A stretch of DNA of 64,000 bases, from the NCBI GenBank assembly GCA_963749035.1, contig CAVVKW010000004.1:594531-658530 (forward strand), written 5' to 3'. Below the pieces are notes generated by a model. That model was not told the DNA's origin. It saw only the letters and a program-made list of their open reading frames with translations, and searched no databases. This DNA comes from an uncultured Verrucomicrobiae bacterium. Its GTDB lineage: Bacteria; Verrucomicrobiota; Verrucomicrobiia; Chthoniobacterales; JAATET01. A program made the position numbers and the translations under genes. Of this stretch, positions 57,938 to 64,000 are shown piece after piece. The first letter of the stretch is position 1; each line of letters begins with the position of its first letter.

Positions 57938-58063
57938 GCCGAACGTCAAGCTCAGCCACTCCGAACGGGTGATCGAGCTATAGGTCGTGATCTACTGGAG
58001 GAAGATCGTGGATGAACGCTGGCAGCAGCGCGGCTAGGGGTTGGCTGCAGCGCCTTGTTCGCT
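57938..58063 (-). repeat. attC site 64
   Basis: Boxes gccgaac/gttcgct, 126 bp. Confidence 0.9.
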
Positions 58064-58867
58064 CCGACGGCGCACAAACGTCCACAGCATCCAGACGACA
58101 AGGACGGACGCGAGAAAACTGAAAGCGGTAGGCTCGGCAATAGTTTGCATCACCGCGGATGAGTCGAGTGCCTCGTTATAGATCCTCAGATCATCAAGAG
58201 TTCCTGCGAAAAATTCAAATGCACCAGCAGTTGAGCCTAAGGTAGATGCCGAGCTGTCTGTTGTTGAGGTCGTTGTCTGGGGGAACGAGATCGATCCGGG
58301 AAGTAGAAGCTGAAGTTCTCCATTGAAGTAAATATCAATCCTATCGTTCGCATAATCGATGACGCCAGCGATATGAATCCACTCGTCCAGTGCTACCTGG
58401 CTGCTCGTCACCCTGGACTGGAAAGATGATGAATCTGATGCACGCCCGGCGACCTCGACGAAGCCATCTCCGGAGATGAACATGCCTCCGCGACTCTCGA
58501 ATGAATTGTTTGTGGTGCTTATAAATGCAAGGGATCCAATGTCAGATGGATATGCATCGATCTTGATCCATGTAGTAAATGACGCGCCCGAGGCGTTGTT
58601 CAAGAGGTCGTTATTCTGCCCGTTTGGTTCTAGCGAAACATATGAGCTGCTGCCAGATAGACGTAACGCGAAAGAACCCACTTTCCCGGGGACATATTGG
58701 GCATTGATGATAGTTCCGTCGTCGACCGGTGACGATGTTCCGTCAGCTACTGCGGAATCAAAGGCAATGGATCCAGATCCCTCCTCAAATCCATATTGGG
58801 CGACGAGACCGGCATATCCAGACGATGTGAATAGAACGAACAGCAAAAAGGGTAGTTGAGATTTCAT
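58034..58867 (-). CDS. LamG/concanavalin-like domain protein with PEP-CTERM-like anchor
   Basis: Signal peptide. AQYGFEEGSG...GKVGSFALRLSGSSSYVSL (LamG-type). C-terminal AEP + TM + RRR, then the attC tail SEQGAAANP. Confidence 0.72.
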   Translation of the reverse strand: MKSQLPFLLFVLFTSSGYAGLVAQYGFEEGSGSIAFDSAVADGTSSPVDDGTIINAQYVPGKVGSFALRLSGSSSYVSLEPNGQNNDLLNNASGASFTTWIKIDAYPSDIGSLAFISTTNNSFESRGGMFISGDGFVEVAGRASDSSSFQSRVTSSQVALDEWIHIAGVIDYANDRIDIYFNGELQLLLPGSISFPQTTTSTTDSSASTLGSTAGAFEFFAGTLDDLRIYNEALDSSAVMQTIAEPTAFSFLASVLVVWMLWTFVRRRSEQGAAANP

Positions 58868-58889
58868 GGGTTCAGAATTGTATTATATG

Positions 58890-59015
58890 AGCGAACGTCA
58901 AGCTCAGCCAACCCGAACGGGCTTCCGAGGTATGGATTGATGTTTGTTGGAGGAAGAGCTTTTGAATGTCGAAAACGGAGTGCGGCTAGGGGTTGGCTGC
59001 AGCGCCTTGTTAGAC
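58890..59015 (-). repeat. attC site 65
   Basis: Boxes agcgaac/gttagac, 126 bp. Confidence 0.9.
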
Positions 59016-59334
59016 TGGTCAGGATAAAATGGTGAGCTGCGGAGAAGATGATCGAATAACTGCGGACTAGCTCATCGTGTGCCACAACAATGTACGCAGT
59101 CGAGAAACTGATCTCTTTCAGGATCTCCCGGTCGTATACAAGTGACAGTTGTGGCACTCGATGAGCCTCCCACAGCAGGGGGAACGTTGAATGCATGATA
59201 GGCTCCCGTGCCGAAGGCTTCCACGGGTGCTACGATCTGGACAACTATTCTTTATGCTCGTTCTTTAATCGCCCGATCAATTCTTCGCAATCGAATGCCT
59301 GTTGGAAACGGAAGTTGCAATGCAGTATCAGGAA
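59016..59334 (-). repeat. cassette family C, copy C5
   Basis: Family C unit. Confidence 0.8.
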
Positions 59335-59460
59335 GTCTAACGTCAAGCTCAGTCACCCCGATGTGGTGTTTGAGCAACCAGTGAAAATCAACAGCAAGAA
59401 GAGGGTCCGCCAACCCCGAGAGCGAAGCGGCTAGGGGTTGACTGCAGCGCCTTGTTCGGC
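59335..59460 (-). repeat. attC site 66
   Basis: Boxes gtctaac/gttcggc, 126 bp. Confidence 0.9.
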
Positions 59461-59475
59461 TGCATCTTCTCACCG

Positions 59476-59739
59476 TCAGAATAAGTCTGAATGTGTTCCT
59501 GTTCGTTCTAGACGGAGTTCGTCTGGTGAAACCTGATAGATTAAGATCCAGTCTGGTTCTACGTGGCAGTCTCGTCTGCCTTTCCAAGGACCAGTCAATG
59601 AGTGATCTCGGTAGCGAGGAGGCAGTGCTTGACCAGATATAAGGATCTCGATGACTGTCTTGATCTTCTCAAGGTCCTTGCCTCTCTTTGTTTGTTTCTT
59701 GATGTCTTTCTTGAATTGTGAGGTCTGACTTACGGTCAC
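59476..59739 (-). CDS. yafQ: YafQ/RelE-family toxin
   Basis: FKKDIKKQTKRGKDLEKI...RDHSLTGPWKGRRDCHVEPDWILIY...TGTHSDLF. Confidence 0.75.
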   Translation of the reverse strand: MTVSQTSQFKKDIKKQTKRGKDLEKIKTVIEILISGQALPPRYRDHSLTGPWKGRRDCHVEPDWILIYQVSPDELRLERTGTHSDLF

Positions 59740-59996
59740 TTTTTCCAGGACGCGTAGAGGTCATCGGTGTTTCCGAAGGTCTCAATATCTTCACCCTTAT
59801 CGCTTTTTGCCAGGACCTCGGAAGTCAGGGCATTTGGAACGTGAAGTTCGAGAGGAAACTCTTGGCGAAGTGCAATCTGTTTGTAGAAAAGCCGGATCGC
59901 TTCCGTGGGCGTCATGCCCAAAGTATCCAGGATCGCCTCGGTTGCCTTCTTGGTAGCGGAATCGATCCGAGCGTGAATTATTGCTGATTGCGACAT
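59736..59996 (-). CDS. dinJ: DinJ/RelB-family antitoxin
   Basis: IHARIDSATKKATEAILDTLGMTPTEAIRLFYKQIA...FPLEL. 4-nt overlap with the toxin. Confidence 0.72.
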   Translation of the reverse strand: MSQSAIIHARIDSATKKATEAILDTLGMTPTEAIRLFYKQIALRQEFPLELHVPNALTSEVLAKSDKGEDIETFGNTDDLYASWKK

Positions 59997-60042
59997 GCTA
60001 GAACTGTATCACGGGTGATACACGATGCAATGAATTCTTATA

Positions 60043-60168
60043 GCCGAACGTCAAGCTCAGCCACCCCGAACGGGTGTTCGAACGACTGAATGTGATCTGC
60101 TGAAGGTGACGCTTCCGAGCGTCTGAGACGGAACGCGGCTAGGGGTTGGCTGCAGCGCCTTGTTAGGC
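60043..60168 (-). repeat. attC site 67
   Basis: Boxes gccgaac/gttaggc, 126 bp. Confidence 0.9.
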
Positions 60169-60173
60169 TCGTA

Positions 60174-60566
60174 TTATTTTCTCGGATCCGGCGACAAAAA
60201 GACAGATTGGATATTGTCAGACACATCAACGATCTTCCAATCTAGTGGTCGCTGACTGTCAGATCCTCGAGAAACAAAATATCTCGTCTGATACGAAGTC
60301 CCATTTATGAATTGTATGAGATATGGTTGCCCTCCGTGTTTCGATGTGATCTTGAAACTACTCTGGTCTATTTCGAATGGTTGCAGTTCTCCAAATGATA
60401 TAAGTCTGGAAATCTCTCGTTTCAGAAAAGCTCTTTCAGATGATTCATTTGTGGCTCTTCGGTAAAACACGAAGTAGTCGCCGAAAATAAGCGCCAAGAT
60501 TAAGAAGACAACGATGATGAACCCAAATATGAGGCCGGAACGAACTTCTGATAAATCCTTTTTCAT
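60174..60566 (-). CDS. cassette ORF, membrane-anchored 130-aa protein
   Basis: N-terminal TM GLIFGFIIVVFLILALIF. Own stop. Confidence 0.68.
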   Translation of the reverse strand: MKKDLSEVRSGLIFGFIIVVFLILALIFGDYFVFYRRATNESSERAFLKREISRLISFGELQPFEIDQSSFKITSKHGGQPYLIQFINGTSYQTRYFVSRGSDSQRPLDWKIVDVSDNIQSVFLSPDPRK

Positions 60567-60636
60567 TCGTCAGGCTGTGCGCAACTCGTTGCAAGATCTA
60601 CTAGGAAATTCCGATTGATTCTCCGCCGGAGGTTGA

Positions 60637-60762
60637 GCCTAACGTCAAGCTCAGCCACCCCGAACGGGCGTGCGAGCTACTGGTTGTAATCTACTGAAAG
60701 AATCGCTTTCGAGCATCTGAGACGGAACGCGGCTAGGGGTTGGCTGCAGCGTCTTGATGGAC
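60637..60762 (-). repeat. attC site 68
   Basis: Boxes gcctaac/gatggac, 126 bp. Confidence 0.85.
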
Positions 60763-61073
60763 AGAATTTGATTGAACCGCCGCCTGGCAATTGAGCTATC
60801 AAACCTTCGAACGATGCGCTCATCGAGTGACACGACAACACACGCGAACGAATTGATGGTCTTTTGCAGGTTTGCCCGTGGCATACAGGTTGCCGTCGTG
60901 GCGGTCGATGAGCTCTCCAGCAACGGAAGTGTGAATATCTCGGTGAAGGTGAAGGTGAAGGGACGCTGATCCAAAGGAGGTGAATATCAATATGACTGCT
61001 GAACGCCTTGCAGACGATTACGCACCCATTTTGCTTTCTGGCGTCCGCATACGAAGAATCCGCATTTCATTCT
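60763..61073 (-). repeat. cassette family A, copy A11
   Basis: Family A unit. Confidence 0.85.
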
Positions 61074-61199
61074 GTCCATCGTCAAGCTCAGTCACCCCGA
61101 TCGGGTGTCCGATCTACTGGTTGTGATCAACTGCAAACTGATCGTCCGCCAACCCCGAGAGCGAAGCGGCTAGGGGTTGACTGCAGCGCCTTGTTAGGG
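61074..61199 (-). repeat. attC site 69
   Basis: Boxes gtccatc/gttaggg, 126 bp. Confidence 0.85.
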
Positions 61200-61511
61200 C
61201 TGTATTTGTATGTAGCTGCCAGGTTCAGATACACTGATGGCAGATGTAATGCGATCAATGTATCTTGAGATGTCCTCTTTTTGGATCAGAGGAATCTCGA
61301 CAATCGAGATCCTTCGACCCGATAGGTTCTGCTGGTATCGCAACTTCGAGTCAGCGGTGACGAATACATCAAATTGTGAATCAATCAGTTGAATCAATTC
61401 GCCGTTTTGAATGCCGGCCCATCCTTTAAAGTAGACGGTGACTACATCGAATTCCTTGAGAGAGTGGCGAAGTGCAACAGGCAGGTTCTCGTCAAGAATT
61501 ACGGTCTTCAC
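61194..61511 (-). CDS. DUF5615-like (PIN-like) putative toxin, paralog 2
   Basis: MKTVILDENLPVALR... Clearly related to 29166..29483 by eye. Confidence 0.68.
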   Translation of the reverse strand: MKTVILDENLPVALRHSLKEFDVVTVYFKGWAGIQNGELIQLIDSQFDVFVTADSKLRYQQNLSGRRISIVEIPLIQKEDISRYIDRITSAISVSEPGSYIQIQP

Positions 61512-61704
61512 GAGTCATTTCTAAAAACTGAATTGCTTGATCTCTATCCACCGACGGGAAATCCTCCAAAAAATCTTCTACCGAGTTCCCTGCATTGATG
61601 TAGTCCAGAAGACTTTGGGCAAAGACTCTAGTGTTGCGGAACACCAATGCTCCGCTGACAATTTTCGGGTCAGAGTGAACTGGGCTGTGGCCGATCGTGA
61701 TCAT
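61492..61704 (-). CDS. DUF433-like putative antitoxin, paralog 2
   Basis: SDPKIVSGALVFRNTRV...LLDYINAGNSVEDFLEDFPSV. Confidence 0.68.
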   Translation of the reverse strand: MITIGHSPVHSDPKIVSGALVFRNTRVFAQSLLDYINAGNSVEDFLEDFPSVDRDQAIQFLEMTREDRNS

Positions 61705-61747
61705 ATATTGAGGTTAGCCGCGGAAGGTCGGATTGCAACCTTATTGG

Positions 61748-61873
61748 CCCTAACGTCAAGCTCAGCCACCCCGAACGGGTGATGAGGAATGAGTGATGGT
61801 CAACTGCCAATGGCGGGTGGCGCAACCCCAGCCAGCGAAGCGGCTAGGGGTTGGCTGCAGCGCCTTGTTCGGT
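61748..61873 (-). repeat. attC site 70
   Basis: Boxes ccctaac/gttcggt, 126 bp. Confidence 0.9.
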
Positions 61874-62143
61874 CCGTAACCGGTGCGTTTCGTAGACGTC
61901 GAGAAGCTCGGAAACCCTTACGCCAAAGATTGTCATTCCTTCTATATTGGCATTGGAGATTGAGACCTGAGATAGGTTCACATCGTCGAAAGTAGCAGCG
62001 GAGAAGTCGATGTCGGAGAATCGTGCGTTGCGGAAGGCAGCATCGCAAAAGACGGAACTGTTGAGGGAGACATTATTGAACCTCGCAGCATCCAGATTGG
62101 AGTTTTCGAAACTCGGAGAATCGGTTGAAGAATCGGTTTTCAT
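61844..62143 (-). CDS. pentapeptide repeat protein
   Basis: FENSNLDAARFNNVSLNSSVFCDAAFRNARFSDIDFSAATFDDVNLSQVSISNANI. Tail TEQGAAANP. Confidence 0.72.
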   Translation of the reverse strand: MKTDSSTDSPSFENSNLDAARFNNVSLNSSVFCDAAFRNARFSDIDFSAATFDDVNLSQVSISNANIEGMTIFGVRVSELLDVYETHRLRTEQGAAANP

Positions 62144-62492
62144 ATTTCGATGGTTCCAGCTTGTGGCGGGTTCGAGCTACAGACCCACGAGCTGATCTAG
62201 CGGTGTGGGGCTCTGACCACTGCGCCAGATGAGCGACTGCTGCAATGTTGTGATGCCAAGCAGCTTGGCGAGGTCTTCGTGGTCGCTGCTCTGAGCGAGC
62301 CACGATGAACGGTCGAACTATGAACTAGGGGAGACGTTGCTGGCCTGTAAATCGAGATCACACGCAGGATCATGGGAGGAATCGAGGGGTCGCGGGCGAT
62401 CCTCTCCATGATCCCTGCAAGTGTGATCGGTGGAACGTAATATTCACCGTTCGTTGACCAATGTATAAATATCTCATCCGCCGGAGGCTGAG

Positions 62493-62618
62493 ACCGAACG
62501 TCAAGCTCAGCCACCCTGAACGGGCGGTTTGAGGCTACTGGTGATCAACTGCCGGTAAGAGGTCCGCGCAACCCCAGGAGCGAAGCGGATAGGGGTTGGC
62601 TGCAGCGCCTTGTTCGGC
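62493..62618 (-). repeat. attC site 71
   Basis: Boxes accgaac/gttcggc, 126 bp. Confidence 0.9.
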
Positions 62619-62623
62619 TGTAT

Positions 62624-62905
62624 TTATTCAGCCTGCTCTGTCGGTGTCTGCTTCAACTTTGGGCGTCTCAGTTGAAGAAACCAAAAGAGTGCCCCAACGA
62701 CCCACCCGATTCCTCCAACGGCTCGAAGTGATGTCCATATTGGTTCGAACGGAGTGTCCCGCACTTCGGAATAATTCCGGGAGCAAACCTCGATCCATGC
62801 TACTAAGCCATCCCAGTAGCTTAAAATCTGGATAATCCCAACAATCATAAAGAGAGTCGCTACAAAGATCGGGACTCGAGAGTCTTTTATGTTTGTTATC
62901 TTCAT
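62624..62905 (-). CDS. cassette ORF, 93-aa membrane protein
   Basis: ATG at 62905 (MKITNIKDSRVPIFVATLFMIVGIIQIL...). The track ORF start lies in attC 72. Confidence 0.65.
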   Translation of the reverse strand: MKITNIKDSRVPIFVATLFMIVGIIQILSYWDGLVAWIEVCSRNYSEVRDTPFEPIWTSLRAVGGIGWVVGALFWFLQLRRPKLKQTPTEQAE

Positions 62906-63000
62906 GCAATCGAGGAAGAATGAAAAACGAGTATATCGTGCTGGCTGGCGAACCAAAATATTTGCCGAGTTTCGTTTGGTGTTATTTCGTGGATATTCGA

Positions 63001-63127
63001 GCCGAACGTCAAGCTCAGCCACCCTGAACGGGCGTCCAAGCTACAAGATAATGATCAACTGCCATTTGTGGGTGGAACAACCCTGGCCGCGCAGCGGCTA
63101 AGGGTTGGCTGCAGCGCCTTGTTGGGC
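63001..63127 (-). repeat. attC site 72 (last one visible)
   Basis: Boxes gccgaac/gttgggc, 127 bp. Confidence 0.9.
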
Positions 63128-63826
63128 TAGTATCTTTCTATTCATAAAACTTGAAATTAGGGATTGGGTTTGCTTGGAGTAGCATCCGAAGCTTGGCATT
63201 CCTGGGTGGTAAACCTTGAGAATTTCTACCTGTCGACCAGTTGTTGTCTTAAATGTTCCAAAGCCAAATCCAGCTCGCGGCAGTGGTGAAAACTTGACGT
63301 CTGTCGTCCCCTCCGTAGAGAGGATATAATCTGTGACGTGGGCACCCCAGCAAATGCAATGCGTTACATCCAATACTTCAAATAAGTCAACCGCGATCCG
63401 TTTACTTATTTCTATTTGCTCGGGGGTTGCGAGAGCGTTTTGAACTTCGCTGACTACTATGTCTTGAATGAAGTTCACATACGAAATCGTCTCCAAAAAA
63501 TTAGAAACGCGCTTGAGAGTGGATGGATTCGAACTCTCATCGAAATTGCATGTTAACGCCGATCCGGCTTTTACGAATGAGCGAAATGCCCGCTTGTAAT
63601 TGCGTTTAGAGTAAGTATATTCATTTATGGCGTTTGCCCAAGTAGCCTTGGAACTCCATTGAGATTTCCGATTTTCTATATCGGACTTTCGAACCGGAAT
63701 ATTGTGAGCAAAGACCAGAGCACGGTTACCTGAGTCTCTGAACCTTTGCCCTACAAAAGGATACCATCGCAAACACTCAATCGTGTCGAACTCTGGTTCA
63801 TACGTTGAATCTTTTGGAATTTCCAT
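63098..63826 (-). CDS. cassette ORF, 242-aa hypothetical protein
   Basis: ATG start. Tail AQQGAAANP. A weak resemblance to a UDG-superfamily layout (VFAHNIP, HCICWG, VYHPG) is unverified. Confidence 0.68.
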   Translation of the reverse strand: MEIPKDSTYEPEFDTIECLRWYPFVGQRFRDSGNRALVFAHNIPVRKSDIENRKSQWSSKATWANAINEYTYSKRNYKRAFRSFVKAGSALTCNFDESSNPSTLKRVSNFLETISYVNFIQDIVVSEVQNALATPEQIEISKRIAVDLFEVLDVTHCICWGAHVTDYILSTEGTTDVKFSPLPRAGFGFGTFKTTTGRQVEILKVYHPGMPSFGCYSKQTQSLISSFMNRKILAQQGAAANP

Positions 63827-63874
63827 AATGTAGCGAAATATGTGGGACTGCTGATTTTCCAGAGTTGACGGGTC

Positions 63875-64000
63875 TCCTAAATTTTGATCATTCCCGTAAA
63901 GTCAGAATATCGGCCATTCGCGCCCATCAGGATGAATGCTCGCTTGCCGCGTCGACCGAGCGGGAAAAGAGTAATCCGGTCTGTCGAAACGCTTTCAATC
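63875..64000 (-). CDS. 3' end of an ORF entering from beyond the window (partial)
   Basis: Hand translation of the minus strand is open from 64000 to a TAG at 63875-63877 (...RITLFPLGRRGKRAFILMGANGRYSDFTGMIKI). GC is higher than in the cassettes. Identity unknown. Confidence 0.3.

Larger units (their letters stand above)
18771..63127 (-). other. integron gene-cassette array (72 attC sites; cassettes oriented on minus strand; intI not in window)
   Basis: Regular 124-129 bp imperfect palindromes with RYYYAAC...GTTRRRY boxes flank ~290-730 bp units. Nearly all ORFs are on the minus strand. GC drops relative to the core. Confidence 0.92.

Noticed and set aside
18771-63127. Regularly spaced conserved repeats separated by unique sequence could be a CRISPR array.
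   Set aside because: The repeats are ~126 bp imperfect palindromes with variable centres and RYYYAAC/GTTRRRY ends. The intervening units are 290-730 bp and carry ORFs with starts and signal peptides. That is the attC/cassette architecture, not CRISPR repeat-spacer architecture.
63932-64000. An ATG at 63932 on the + strand (MNARLPRRPSGKRVIRSVETLSI) sits where a divergently transcribed intI might begin.
   Set aside because: It shows no resemblance to IntI N-termini, and the opposite strand is also open here. 23 codons are too few to call.

Overview
The window has two parts. Positions 1-17.5 kb are a GC-rich (~60%) chromosomal core. It carries accA, a LemA/TPM/TPM operon, a cobA-hemD fusion, a REC/kinase-like/FGE fusion, mgtE and several hypothetical envelope proteins. 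The gene content suggests Verrucomicrobiota or Planctomycetota, but that is inference only. From 18.77 kb to at least 63.13 kb the window is one very large sedentary chromosomal-integron-type cassette array. I read 72 attC sites, which are very uniform in length (124-129 bp, mostly 126). They separate about 72 cassettes, all oriented on the minus strand, in lower-GC DNA. No integron integrase is visible; it is expected beyond the right edge. About 45 cassettes carry small ORFs: membrane, secreted or lipoprotein genes, six toxin-antitoxin pairs, a P-loop kinase, a SAM methyltransferase, an S51 peptidase, a LamG/PEP-CTERM protein and a pentapeptide-repeat protein. The other 26 cassettes belong to three multi-copy families that look non-coding: A x11, B x10 and C x5. 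Family A is flanked by non-canonical ATC/GAT core boxes in place of the usual AAC/GTT. Families A and C both contain an internal attC-like hairpin that also has ATC/GAT cores. Four IS elements interrupt the array: an IS3-family element at the distal boundary, a decayed ISL3 with a nested IS3, a second inverted copy of that IS3, and an IS630. All coordinates come from manual reading, and no database search was possible.
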